A DNA stretch of 64,000 nucleotides from the human T2T-CHM13v2.0 reference genome, Homo sapiens. This document shows, one piece after another, positions 1-13,925 of this stretch. Under the pieces are notes generated by a model. It was not told the DNA's origin, ran no database searches, and saw only the letters and a program-made list of their open reading frames with translations. How positions within the stretch are numbered: the stretch's first letter is position 1; each line of letters starts with the position of its first letter. Both the position numbers and the translations under genes were made by a program. Location: the NCBI RefSeq assembly GCF_009914755.1, contig NC_060937.1; one strand, given 5' to 3'.

Positions 1-1647
1 TCTTATTTTGTTAATGTCCTGTAAACAAAATGCTGGTTTTCTACTTCTCAGAAATGTTTACTGTGAGTCCAATTTTGCCATTATGAAGAAAAATGTAAGG
101 GAAAACTAGTCCTGCACATGTTATATTATTTAGACACATAAACAATAGAATATGTACTAAAAACTCATAACAATCACATCTAAAGGGCAGGGAACAAAGA
201 GATTTATTTCAAATATTGAATTTCCTGCTTAATTGTTTTTATGGTCAAAAGTCCTTGTTGAGCAGACTACTTTTATGACTCTCCACAATCTCCACAAGTG
301 ACCTAAAGACAAAGTGTAGGAGACTAGGAGAGAAGTACAAAGAGGTAGGGCCTGAGACCCAGAATAAAATGAATACATGCAAGGAGAAATCAAGTCTAGA
401 GCAGAGGCTTTTTCACTTCATAAATTACTATCTTGATGGACATTCAATACTAGCAAATTCAATGCACAAGTAATGCAAAGAATTTTTGTGGGTGGAAAAG
501 ACTGAAAGAAGAGATCAAGCAACAGTGTCGGTAGCTCTGGATAGTTTGATAATGGTCCCAGATTTCAAGCAGATACTTAAATACATTCTTCACATAACTT
601 AGAGTACCCGGGTGTTACATCTCACAGAAATGGTATACTCATTGTGCTGTTTTTATTTCTAAGTAGAATCTTGAAAGGTCTTTCTAAGTAAAATGTTGGC
701 AAAGAAACAATCCCATCACTAAACGTCCCTGTCATTTCTCTTTTTATGGGATTGGTCGCAGATGTTGCAGGGTCTTTGCTTCTCCACCTACGTCTGTTCA
801 CACTCAGCTCAGTCACCAATTGGGATAAATACTGAACATGCTGCTCTGCTGTTGTGATTCAGTTTTAAAACTTACTTTTTAATATTTTGGTGTTTTTTTT
901 TGTCTCAACTTACTGGTGCTTTTTGCAGAGAAAACTTTCAAGTGGTTTTAGGTGATAAAATAAGGCAATGATGAATTACTTGGGAACTTTATTAAACATG
1001 AGATTGAACTTTGATCAACACATTTTCGTAGAAAAACAAGAAATATCAATTAGAGACAAATCTGAGACAAAGTTCAATTCAAAATAGATTGAGACTGGAA
1101 GAGCATTAATGTTACTTAAATCATATCTTTAATAGAAATATACAAATGAAGGTTCTAACAACTGGATGTTTTCATAAGTGAAGGAACATCTAAAACTAAC
1201 TTTTAGAAAATTAATAGTAGGTGCCCTGGAGGCTATTGTATTACTTACACAACATTTTTTTAAAAGTATCATTTTATATTCTGTATAAGATGACTAAAAT
1301 GGGTTTTGTTTTTGTCATTGTTGTTATACAATTAAAAGTTGTTCAAGAAAGGAGGCGTAACCATAATGTAATAGGCTGCTTAACTGTAAGGAATATTTGC
1401 ATAGTCATAGAAGTGTAAACCCTAAGTATTGATTTAATTTCAAAGGGTGATATAAGTATATTGGAAGAATGAGGGGTGCTCTGTGTGAGTTTATAGCTAG
1501 CAAAGATTTTATAAAATAGATTATTTCTCAACCTCAATACAAGGAAAGTAATAGATACCATCTAAAGGTTAAAAATCAGGAAACAGCTGTCCAAACATTT
1601 CATTTGGAAGTTGGAGGTAAATGACATTAGAAACAACTAAACTATAG

Positions 1648-2025
<378 letters not shown>

Positions 2026-2337
2026 TAATTATCACCCTGCTGGTACTTTTTGAATCTATATGTATTATTACCTTGATAAAATTAAACACTTAAGAGTTTT
2101 ATAAGAAATTAAATCCTATTTTTAAAAAGAAAACATTTTTGTGTAGGAGGGGAAGACTACTTCAACATTTCTCTTTAATATAGAAAAGTGGAAATGTTAA
2201 TTAACAAAAACTATTATTTCTGGCCAAAGTATTATAACACCTTTGAGAGCGAGCAACATTAAAGAATACACTCTGCAATCCTGCTTCCCCAATAAACAAA
2301 ATTATCTTCATAGTCTTATTCAAACTTGTATACAGCC

Positions 2338-2532
2338 ATAGCATAGTGAATAAGACCAAAGGCTTTCATTCAGACTATCTTGGTTTGAATCCTGGTTGTG
2401 TAACTTTCAACAAGTCAGCTAACCTATTTAGTAAAAACGTGCATCACTGCATTGTTTGAGAGTTAAATAAGATAATAAATGCAAAGCACTTACCATGGTG
2501 CCTAGCATAGATTCACATTCAATTAATGTTGG
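2338..2532 (+). mobile_element. MIR
   Basis: ggtttgaatcctgg...aaataagataataaatgcaaagcactt...gtgcctagcatag resembles MIR core and 3' end. Confidence 0.7.
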
Positions 2533-2639
2533 TTTTTCTTTCATCCACAAATGAAATCACAGCATAGATAAATATTTGTATGTCTCCACATAAACTCAAT
2601 TCCTCAGCCACCTCCCCTTTTCCCACAATGCAGCCCCGT

Positions 2640-2962
2640 TACTCCTCTCCTGTGCTAATTCCTGACCATTCTTCAGAAAAGCCTTCACTAATTGGCACTA
2701 TGTAAGCCCTATTGCCCCTTTTTTAATTTTATCCTCCATGGTATCCTGCTTATTTCCTTAATAGCACTTCCTAGAACATAAAATAAATATTTTTGAGCGT
2801 AATTATTTATTTAATATCCATTTGTGTCTGACAGTAGACTTTAAACTCTTTGGAGCAAAGTCTACTTCTATCTCCATCTTTATTAGATACTTAGTTCCAA
2901 GCACACTGTTTGACTCATAATAGGTGTTCATTAAATGATCGGCTCATAGGTTGATTGAATAA
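2640..2962 (+). mobile_element. L2 3' end
   Basis: tagactttaaactctttggagcaaag...gcacactgtttgactcataataggtgttcattaaat...tgattgaat resembles the L2 terminus. Confidence 0.65.
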
Positions 2963-3029
2963 TAATTCTTGTGACTGCATAACTTTCCATTAGGTTGCTG
3001 AGCTATATCTTCCTTAACTGTTGTATTAC

Positions 3030-3532
3030 TGAGGTAGGGGGCTGGCAGGACTTGTTTTCCAGTCATGGCCCTGCTGATCAAAGCAGGCTCTGATCAAAAC
3101 AGGATACAGCAAACAAGCGGGCCAAAACCAGCATATGGCTATGAAAGTGACCTTTAGGTGCCCTCACTGCTCATTAGCATAAAGACACACCCACCAGCAC
3201 CATGACAGTTTACAGATGCCATGGCAACAGGCCATGGCAATGGCTAGAAAGTTACCTTATATGGTTCCTGGAACTCCCAACCCTCTTTCCAGAAAGTTCT
3301 GAATACCGTGCCTCTTAATTAACATATAATTAAAAGTGGGTATAAGTACAGCTGCCAACAGCCTATATGCTGCTATATCTGGGCACACTGCCAGTACTGC
3401 AAGGAGCAGTACTGGTTCAATAAAAGTTGCTTTCTCTTACCACCAGCTTGCCTTTGAATTCTTTCCTGGGTGAAGCCAAGAACCCTCCCAAGCTAAGCCC
3501 CAACTTTGGGGCTCACCTACCCGCCTGCATCA
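3030..3532 (+). mobile_element. MER41-family solo LTR (ERV1; C/D/E-like)
   Basis: TG...CA termini; 4-bp TSD ttac (3026-3029 and 3533-3536); MER41 core ccaccagcaccatgacagtttacagatgccatggcaac; AATAAA at ~3419. Confidence 0.85.
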
Positions 3533-4149
3533 TTACTGTTGGGATACTTCTAATTTTCAGTTTCTTCCACTTGTCCATAGTGCTATAATGAATATGTTAA
3601 GAATAGGGATTTTTCTTCTTTTTGATTATAAACATTTAATAAACACATCCAAAATGTGAATACTTCTGTCTAAATTATCTGATCATGTTTTATAGCTCCA
3701 TATTCTCATAAGCACCTACTCAAACGATCAACATATCCTTGAATGTATAAGCAAATTCATGAAGGAAGTAAACAGTTAAGACCAACAATTGATCAGTTAG
3801 GACTTTTCCAGAAGTTTACTTTATGTCTGTTCATAATACTTCTACTTCATGTTGTTTTTCTTAATCCTGCTCCCTAGTGGTCAAATATTTAGCATGATTA
3901 ATGCCTCATCTTTTGAGAGAAAAACTACATTTGGAGTGCTCTTACTTTTTTTAAAAAAAAGGCGTATTGATGATTCTTTCTAAATGCTCACCTGCCTCCT
4001 TCTTTGGTGTGATTTGATAATTTCTTACTAAAAGGTGACTTGCTAGAAATATTTTTACAATCTTCTTTTGTGAGTAACTTTTTTTGAAAAAGCCTTCCTT
4101 CATTATTAAACAAGTTATTTGACTTTGGCTTATTTTCAGTTTTATTTTC

Positions 4150-4302
4150 CTCAGATAGTAAGTAGCATTATCTTTCTTTTTACAGAGGTAGAAACTGAAC
4201 TTTTGAACATACAAGTAATTAGTCCAAGCTCACAAAGTAAAGAATGATGGGTCCTTTTGTCTCTGAAGTCTACATCCCCAACTCATATACCACACAGCCT
4301 CC
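4150..4302 (-). mobile_element. MIR
   Basis: ttttacagaggtagaaactga...gtccaagctcaca...accacacagcctcc. Confidence 0.65.
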
Positions 4303-4896
4303 ATCCTCTACTTCTACAGTGGTATCTACTATTTCCACACTTCATTATAACTCTGTGAAGTCACATATCATTCCTCATTCTCAGTTTCATACTTAACACC
4401 TATCACAGGGCACAACAGGTCACTCAGTGATAATGAGGTTTACTAAAGTAAAATTTATGCCATTGATCATTGTGAGTGGGGTCAACCAAAATGAAAAAGA
4501 AATAACTCGGGCAATTCAGATGTAATATGTACAAATGTTAATTACTGTGAATTCTTAATTAAGTTATTCCTCTCCCATGCCATGATGTATATGCCACCTT
4601 CTCCTAAATCTACACAGTTGAATAGTAGCCATCTGAAGACTTAAGGACTATGAATTGTGAAACACTCACATAGTAATGTTCTTTTTTTTAAAATTATACT
4701 TTAAGTTCTGAGATACATGTGCAGAACGTGCAGGTCTGTTACATAGGTATACATGTGCCACAGTGGTTTGCTGCACCCATCAACCTGTCATCTACATTAG
4801 GTATTTCTCCTAATGCTATCCCTCCCATAGCCCCCAACCCCCTGACAGGCCCCTGTGTGTGATGGTCCCCTCCCTGTGTCCATGTATTCTCATTGC

Positions 4897-7800
4897 TCAA
4901 CTCCCACTTATGAGTGAGAACATGCAGTGTTTGGTTTTCTGTTCCTGTGTTAGTTTCCTGAGAATGATGGTTTCCAGCTTCATCCATGTCCCTGCAAAGA
5001 GCATGAACTCATCCTTTTTAATGGCTGCATAGTATTCCATGGTGTATATATGCCACATTTTCTTTATCCAGTCTATCATTAATGGGCATTTGGGTTGGTT
5101 CCAAGTCTTTGCTATTGTGAATAGTGCTGTAATAAACATACGTGTGCATGTGTCTTTATAGTAGAATGATTTATAATCCTTTGGGTATATACCCAGTAAT
5201 GGGATTGCTGGGTCAAATGGTATTTCTGGTTCTAGATCCTTGAGGAATAGCCACACTGTCTTCCACAATGATTGAACTAATTTACACTCCCACCAACAGT
5301 GTAAAAGCATTCCCATTTCTCCACATCCTCTCCAGCACCTGTTGTTTCCTGACTTTTTAATGATTGCCATTCTAACTAGCATGAGATGGTATCTCTTGTG
5401 GTTTTGATTTGCATTTCTCTAATGATCAGTGATGATGAGCTTTTTTTCATAAGTTTGTTGGCCACATAAATGTCTTCTTCCAGGAAGTGTCTGTTCATAT
5501 CCTTCACCCACTTTTTGATGGGGTTGTTTGTTTTTTTCTTGTAAATTTGTTTGCATTCTTTGTAGATTCTAGATATTAGCCCTTTGTCAGATGGATAGAT
5601 TGCAAAAATTTTCTCCCATTCTGTAGGTTGCCTGGTCTTTCTGATGACAGTTTCTTTTGCTATGCAGAAGCTCTTTAGTTTAGTTAGATCCCATTTGTCA
5701 ATTTTGGCTTTTGTTGCCATTGCTTTTGGTATATTAGACATGAAGTCTTTGCCCATGCCTATGTCCTAAATGGTATTGCCTAGTTTTTCTTCTAGGATTT
5801 TTATGGTTTTAGTTCTTACGTTTAAGTCTTCAATCCATCTTGAGTTAATTTTTGTATATGGTGTAAGGAAAGGGTCCAGTTTCAGTTTTCTGCATATGGC
5901 TAGCCAGTTTTCCCAACATCATTTATTAAATAGGGAATCCTTTCCCCATTGCTTGTTTTTGTCAGGTTTGTCAAAGATCAGATGGTTGTGGATGTGTGGT
6001 CTTATTTCTGAGGCCTCTGTTCTGTTCCATTGGTCTATATGTCTGTTTTGTTATGCGTACCATACTGTTTTGGTTACTGTAACCTTGTAGTACAGTTTGA
6101 AGTCAGGTAGCATGATGCCTGCAGCCATGCTTTTTTTGCTTAAGCTTGTCTTGGCTATATGGGCTCTTTTCTGGTTTCATATGAAATTTACAGTAGTTTT
6201 TTCTAATTCTAAAACTAATTCTGTGAAGAAAGTCAATGGTAGTTTGAGGGGGATAGCATTGAATCTATAAATTACTTTAGGAAATATGGCCCTTTTCACA
6301 ATATTGATTCTTCCTATCTATGAGCATGGAATGTTTTTCCATTTGGTTGTATCCTCTCTTACTTCCTTGAGCAGTGGTTTGTACTTCTCTTGAAGAGGTC
6401 CTTCACATTCCTTGTAAATTGTATTCCTATGTATTTTATTATCTTTGTAGCAATTGTGAATGAGAGTTCACTCATGATTTGGTTGTCTATTATTGGTGTA
6501 TAGGAATGCTTGTGATTTTTGCACATTGATTTTGAATCCTGAGACTTTGCTGAAGGTGCTTATCAGCTTAAGGAGAAAATTTTGGGCTGAGACGATGGGG
6601 TTTTCTAAATATACAATCATGTCATCTGCAAACAGACACAATTTGACTTCCTTTCTTCCTATTTAAATACCCTTTATTTCTTTCTCTTGCCTGATTGCCC
6701 TGGCCAGAACTTCCAACACTATGTTGAATAGGAGTGGTGAGAGATGGCATCCTTGTCTTGTGCCAGTTTTCAAAGGGAATGCTTCCAGCTTTTCCCCATT
6801 CAGTATGATATTGGCTGTGGGTCTGTCATAAATAGGTCTTATTATTTTGAGATACGTTCCATCAATACCTAGTTTATTGAGAGTTTTTAGTATGAAGGAA
6901 TGTTGAATTTTATCGAAGGCCTTTCTGCATCTATTGAGATAATCATGTGGTTTTTGTCATTGGTTCTGTTTATGTGATGGATTTTGTTTATTGACATTTG
7001 TATACTGAACCAGCCTTGCATCCCAGGGATGAAGCTGACTTGATCATGGTGGATAAGCTTTTTGAAGTGCTGCTGGATTTGGTTTGCTAGTATTTTATTG
7101 AGGATTTTCTCATCAATGTTCGTCAGGAATATTGGCCTGAAATCTTTTTTTGTTGTGTCTCTGCCAGGTTTTCATATCAGGGTGATGCTATGCTGGCTTC
7201 ATAAAATGAGTTAGGGAGGAGCCCCTGTTTTTCTGTTGTTTGGAATAGTTTCAGAAAGAATGGTACCAGCTCTTCTTTTTACCTCTGGTAGAATTAGGCT
7301 GTGAATCCGTCTGGTCCTGGGGTTTTTTTGGTTGGTAGGATATTAATTACTGCCTCAATTTCAGAACTTGTTATTGGTCTATTTTGGGATTCGACTTCTT
7401 CCTGGTTTAGTCTTGGGAGGGTGTATGTGTCCAGGAGTTTATCCACTTCTTCTAGATTTTCTGGTTTATTTGCGTAGAGGTGTTTATAGTAGTCTCTGAT
7501 GGTAGTTTGTATTTCTGTGGGATCAGTGGTGATATCCCCTTTATCATTTTTTATTGTGTCTATTTGATTCTTCTCTCTTTTCTTCTTTATTAGTCTGGCT
7601 AGTGGTCTATTTTGTTAATCTTTTCAAAAAACCAGCTCCTGGATTCACTGATTTTTTGAAGGGTTTTTGGTGTATCTATCTCCTTCAATTCTGCCCTGAT
7701 CTTAGTTATTTCTTGTCTTCTGCTAGGTTTTGAATTTATTTGCTCTTGCTTCTCTAGTTCTTTTAATTGTGATGTTAGGGTGTCTATTTTAGATCTTTCC

Positions 7801-8746
7801 TGCTTTCTTTTGTGGGCATTTAGTGCTATTAATTTCCCTCTAAGCACTGCTTTAGCTGTGTCCCAGAGATTCTGGTACATTGTATCTGAATTGTTTTCAA
7901 AGAACTTATGTATTTCTGCCTCAATTTCATTATTTACCCAGTAGTCATTCAGGAGCAGGTTGTTCAGTTTCCATGTAGTTGTGCGATTTTGAGTGAGTTT
8001 CTTAATCCTGAGTTCTAATTTGATTCCACTGTGGTCTGAGGACCGTTTGTTGTGATTTCCTTGCTTTTGCATTTGCTGAGGAGTGTTTTACTTCCAATTA
8101 TGTGGTCAATTTTAGAGTAAGTGCGGTGTGGTGCTGAGGAGAATGTATATTCTGTTGATTTGTGGTGGAGAGCTCTGTAGATGTCGATTAGGTCTGTTTG
8201 GCCCAGAGCTGAGTTCAAGTCCTGAATATCCTTGTTAATTTTCTGTCTCATTGATCTGTCTAATATTGACAGTGGGGTGTTAAAGTCTTCCATTATTATT
8301 GTGTGGGAGTCTAAGTCTCTTTGTTGGTGTGTGAGAGCTTGCCTTAGACAAGAGCTAAGGTGTCTAAGAGCTTGCCTTAGACAGGTGCTCCTGTATTGGG
8401 TGCATATATTTTTAGGATAACTAGCTCTTCTTGTTGCATTGATCCCTTTACCATTATGTAATGTCCTTCTTTGTCTTATTGATCTTTGTTGGTTTAAAGT
8501 CTTCTTTATCAGAGACTAGCATTGCAATCCCTTTTTTTTTGTTTGTTTGCTTTCCATTTGCTTATTCCTCCATCCCTTTATTTTGAGCCTATGTGTGTCT
8601 TTAAATGTAAGATGGTTCTACTGAATACAGCACACCAATTGGTCTTGACTCTTTATCCAATTTGCCAGTCTGTGTCTTTTAATTGGGGCATTTAGCCCAT
8701 TTACATTTAAGGTTAATATTGTTATTTGTGAATTTGATCCTGTCAT
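4897..8746 (-). pseudogene. Disrupted L1 ORF2 (endonuclease/reverse transcriptase)
   Basis: ATG at 8746 (ATGACAGGATCAAAT); fragments EDFNTPLS..YSKIDH and [10 protein letters not shown] (EN); [18 protein letters not shown] (C-terminus); multiple frameshifts and stops. Confidence 0.93.
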
Positions 8747-8809
8747 TATGATGCTAGCTGGTTATTTTGCCCATTAGTTGATGCAGTTTCTCCGTAGTGT
8801 CAATAGTCT

Positions 8810-9832
8810 TTACAATTTGGTATGTTTTTGCAGTGGCTGGTACTGGCTTTTTCTTCCCATATTTAGTGCTTCTTTCAGGAGCTGTTGTAAGGCAGGCCTG
8901 GTGGTGACAAAATCTCTCAGCATTTGCTTGTCTGTAAAGGATTTTATTTCTCCTTCGCTTATGAAGTTTAGTTTGGCTGCATATGCAATTCTGGGTTGAA
9001 AATTCTTTAAGAATGTTGAATATTGGCCCCCACTCTTCTGGCTTGTAGGGTTTCTGCAGGGAGATCTGCTGTTAGTCTGAGGGGCTTCCCTTTGTGGGTA
9101 ACCCGACCTTTCTCTCTGGCTGCCCTTAACACTTTTTCCTTCATTTCAACCTTGCTGAATCTGATGATTACGTGTCTTGGGGTTGCTCTTCTCAAGGAGT
9201 ATCTTTGTGGTGTTCTATGTATTTCTTGAATTTGAATATTGGCTTGTCTTGCTAGGTTGGTGAAGTTCTCCTGCATAATATCCTGAAGAGTATTTTTCCA
9301 CTTGGTTTTATTCTCCTGGTCACTTTCATGTACACCAATCAAACGTAGGTTTGGTCTTTTCACATAGTTCCATATTTCTTGGAGACCTTGTTCATTTATT
9401 TATTTTTTTGTTCTTTTTTCTCTGATCTTGTCTTTTTGCTTTATTTCATTAAGTTGATCTTCAATCTCTGATATCCTTTCTTCTGCTTGATCAGTTCGGC
9501 CATTGATACTTGTGTATGCTTCACGAAGTTCTCGTGCTGTGTTTTTCAGCTCCATCAGGCCCTTTATGTTCTTCTCTAAACTTATTCTAGTTAGCATTCC
9601 TCTAACCTTTTTTCAAGGTTCTTAGCTTCCTTGCATTGGGTTAGAACATGCTCCTTTTTAGCTCGTAGCAGTTTGTTATTACCCACCTTCTGAAGCCTAC
9701 TTCTGTCAATTCATGAAACTCATTCTGTGTCCAGTTTTGTTCCCTTGCTGGCGAGGAGTTGTGAACCTTTGGAGGAGAAGAGGTGTTCTGGGTTTTGGAA
9801 TTTTCAGCCTTTTTGCACTGGTTTTTCCTCAT
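8810..9832 (-). pseudogene. Disrupted L1 ORF1p
   Basis: MRKNQCKKAENSK..., KRPNLRLIGV..., RATPRHVIIRFSK split across three ORF fragments; TAA at 8810-8812. Confidence 0.92.
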
Positions 9833-10954
9833 CTTTGTGGATTTATCTACCTTTGCTCTTTAATGCTGGTCACTTCCAGATGGGGTTTTTGTGTGCCCGT
9901 CCTTTTTGTTCATGTTGATTTCTGTGTGTTAGTTTTCTTTCTAACAGTCAGGCCCCTTTGCTGCAGGTCTCCTCGAGTTTGCTGGAGGTCCGCTCCAGAC
10001 CCTGTTTGCCTGGGTATCACCAGTGGAGACTCAGTTGGAAATGCAGAAATCACCCACCTTCTGGGTTGATCTCGCTTTGGAGCTGCACACCGGAGCTGTT
10101 CTTATTCGGTCATCTTTCCTAGTCTCCCACATAGTAATTTTCTAGTGGACTAGAAGAAAAATGCTTTATTAAAAACTCTTCAGATTTAGCTAAAACTGGC
10201 TCAAAACTCTATCTCATTGTTTCCATGTTCGTCAAGATTTCTGTGAATCCCTGTTGCTTGAGTTCCCCTAGTCTACAACTCACATCCCTGTAAGGCTGAT
10301 ATCAAGTAGACTTTACAATGAAAGAAGCAAGGGATTACATTGCTGTAATATCTGACAGCTTAAATTCGATTGTCCCTTGACCATTTCTCACCAACACAAG
10401 CTGCCGGCTGCCATGGGAGCTCAGCCACTCTCTTCTCTCCCGCTTCCCCTCCTCTCTTTCTAGGCTCATTCCCACTTCAAAAAGCCTCTTGTGACACCCA
10501 CCCCTAGTTACTGTCCTCGGGCCTCGACATCTCACTCTGTTCCCTTGTCACACCGGGGCTACAAATTGTCAAGGTATTTTTAGACTAAAGAAGGTACTTC
10601 TCAAATTTCAGTCCCTGAAATACTCTTTTATTTCTTCTGCCACACAGTTGTCCAGCCCTTGTCCCCCAGCTGGTTTCGGGTGTAGATGGCCTCCTCTTTC
10701 TTTGCAATAACAGGTCTGCAGACTTCTGCTCTGCACAGCAGTGGGAACATATGCGACATTTCTGTCAGGAAATCCAGAGATATTAATTAACATTTCATCA
10801 AATTACACCTAAATTGCCAGTTATTTCTTTTTCTTTTTGGTAGATACATAGAGATGGAGTATTAGTTTTTTAGTATTGGATGAAAACATCATTGCTTATT
10901 AAGGAATTCTGCATCTAGATGTTGGCTGTCAATTAGCTTTCACATAAAGGTAAT

Positions 10955-11260
10955 TATATATATAAAAAATATTTATACCCATAAGTCTGTATATGTATTT
11001 ATATAGTAATATAAGTATATTTTTTATATATATACTTATATATATATATATATTTTATTATATATATATAAATGTTATATATAAATATTAAATGTCTATC
11101 AAAACTAATTAATGTACATAAAATATATAAGTATGCATATATAAATTTATATATACATGCACACACATATATTCACTATGTATTAACTTTTATATTCACA
11201 AATATATGTGCACAATGTATATGTGCATGGCTCTTCTACATAGTAAGATATATATGTCAT
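10955..11260. repeat. (TA)n-rich low-complexity tract
   Basis: Degenerate tatata runs. Confidence 0.85.
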
Positions 11261-12439
11261 CTATCTCTTCCATTTTCTCTCTCCCATAAGGTGCTTTAAA
11301 GGGAGGAACTTCACCTTGTTTATCCATATATACATTTGTTCACAATTCCATATATGCTATCAGGAAGCAGGAATGTACCTAATAATTATTCAACAACTGT
11401 CAGTTTCCTACTGTTTTTATTTTGGCTGGTGGTTTCAGAATCATGTAAGGAAATGGTGGAAAGATGTGGAGTTTATCAAAATCACATTTAACTCAGAAAT
11501 GAAACTTAGATGTGAAGTTATACACATGAAAATCCTGTTTTTGGTTTGACACATTATGAGCAGTTGTCTTTCCTTCCTCAAATAGTGGGAAAGCAGACTT
11601 GTCTTCTAATGTCATTTCAGTCTCCCTTTTCCCAGAAATTGATTATGCATACGCACACATGTATTCAAGGTGGTTCTTCATTGTGGCAGACTATATACTT
11701 AAAGAACCTGACATAATTTTTCCATTTTTCATCCTTTTGAAAGCTTTAATATTATTGCTGTAAATGTGGTTGTACAAAGCTATAAATTTCTCACTTAATC
11801 CTTTTTAAATCCTTCTGACATGTGACCAAGAGTTGGAAATATATAAATGTTAAATTTTATGTTTTTTTCCGTGTTACCATAGCCTGTTATTCTATTATAA
11901 ACTGTCAGCTGTTACCCAATCAAAGTAAAATGGGTAAGAAAAGCTTATGGTAGTCCAAGGAACATTCCTTCTTGCATGAATTTACCAATCTTCATCAGAT
12001 GTAGGCTAACTGATGAAACTTGGAGTTTTCAAAAATGGTAGCACAGAATGGGAAAAGAAAATGTCTCACTTCCTCCTACTTTGCTTCTCCCTAACTTCAG
12101 TATAAAGATATCTCTCTGATTTCTGATTTGCGATCTGTGTTTGGGTACATTTTGTCACTAGAAATATTTCTCTTGTGACTTAAGCATATTTCCTTTGGAT
12201 TATTTTATAATTTCAAACTCAAACTCAAACTCAGTCGTTACAGCTTTTCATCCCAGATGAACATAGGACGTGTTTTGGTCAAAATTTCAGATTTTTTTTT
12301 TTCATAAAAGAGAGGGCTGACACGTCAGTTTCTGCAAAACGATTTTACTATAACTGCCTCTCACCGTAGTGAATTTTGGCTGTCCAAAAAAACCACAATA
12401 AGGAGTGTTCAATATTTTGCTTTGATTCAGGTGAGGTGA

Positions 12440-12680
12440 GGGGAATCAAGCGTTGAAGCTTAAAACAGTTCTAGGTCAATCCGGCTCCTTCCTTCAGGAG
12501 TGTAAGATCTTGGGCAATTACTTTTCCTTTTACTTAGCTATTTTCTCGTCAGCAAAATGGCAATAATCATATTTACTACAGAGGGTTGTTTCTAATGTTT
12601 TGAGGCTGAAAAGAAATTTGGTATTTATGTCAAGCAGCACACAGAGGATTATCAATCACTGTTACCTACTATCATCAAGG
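12440..12680 (+). mobile_element. MIR
   Basis: gatcttgggcaattactt...ttttctcgtcagcaaaatggcaataatcata...acagagggttgtt. Confidence 0.6.
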
Positions 12681-12719
12681 TGTTTCCAAACTAAGTGTGA
12701 GTTACCATTTTAATATCTG

Positions 12720-13730
12720 TCAGGGCTCCTTGAAGAAGTGGTTGATTTCAAAATGTGGGCATGGAGAATGCAAGATAGTCCTGGAGCATCTTGCGGTGCC
12801 AGAAAGTGAGACAGTGCTCAAGAGAGAATGGGGCCATCTTAAGAAGGCACAGAAGCCAACCTGAAAGACGTTCCAAAGGCCAAAACTGGAATAATTTAAG
12901 CAACAAAATAAATACAATACTGAATTACAGCCCATAGAATAAAATGAATATCCATACGTTTGAAATACTGATATAAGCAAGAGATTGAATAAACTAATAA
13001 ATAGAGAAAAAGAGAGCTCTTCTTTATAGAATTCCAGTTAATAAAAGAAGAGGGAATGCAGAAAACACACAATCAACATTAGAACAACACAGTAATAATT
13101 GTTGCAGGAAAGATTCATCAAGAAGAACACAAGTTGCAATTTAAGCAGAAACAGAATAGCTGTATAGTCACAAAATACCTCCCCCAAGATACTTATTAAT
13201 TAATTACAAGTGGAAAAGAGAACTCGTATAATGGAAAAAACCCACAGACTTCGCTTCAACTAAGTGATCAAGTTAGCGTCTCTGCTAATAAAACTTTCAG
13301 GCATCATCTGGCCCTGATATGATGCACCAAGAAACACACACCACTTCTGTGATCTTGTTCCCCTAAAATGCGTAACTTTAATGTAGTAATGAAAAAATAC
13401 AGACGAAAACAAATTTGAGGACATCCTATAAAGTAACTGACCAGTACACCTTGAGTATCAAGGTTATGGAAGATAAGGGATAACCTTATCCTCCTAAGGA
13501 GATGAAGGAGATATGACAACTAAATTTGATATGAGTTCCTGCATTGGACTCTGAAACAGAAAAAAGGACATCAGTGGAAAAACAAGTAAAATCTAATAAA
13601 ATCCGGTAACATCTTAGTTTTGATAATTGTACTGTGCTTATATAAGATGTTAATGTTAGGGGAAGCTGAGTGAGCGTATATGCAGCATTTCCATAAATCT
13701 AAATTTATTTCAAAACATAAAGTTAAAAAT
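12720..13730 (+). mobile_element. L1MC4/L1MC5-like 3' end
   Basis: cagggctccttgaagaagtggttgattt...cctggagcatcttg..gtgccagaaagt; ends taaatctaaatttatttcaaaacataaagttaaaaa. Confidence 0.8.
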
Positions 13731-13925
13731 ATATGTTAGGACCAAGTTATAATTCTCTTTCATAAAATATCTAGCAATATCAATGACAAGGACTTATCTC
13801 TAATTCTGCAAAGTTTTCAGAAATTCTATGACTATCCTTGGTTGTATGTCTTTTTCAAAGCAAAACACTGTTGCTCTTCATCAATTCTATTTTTAAATTT
13901 TTTTGGTTGGGTAGCTTGCTTCTCT

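Larger units (their letters stand above)
4683..10127 (-). mobile_element. L1PA7-like LINE-1 with both termini and an internally shortened (apparently spliced) 5'UTR
   Basis: L1PA7/8-type 3'UTR; 5' terminus gggagactaggaaagatgaccgaataagaacagctccgg; 16-bp TSD cacatagtaat(g/t)ttct at 4667-4682 and 10128-10143; ORF1 and ORF2 remnants separated by a 63-nt spacer. Confidence 0.95.

Noticed and set aside
4897-9832. Active LINE-1
   Set aside because: ORF1 and ORF2 are fragmented by stops and frameshifts, and most of the promoter is missing
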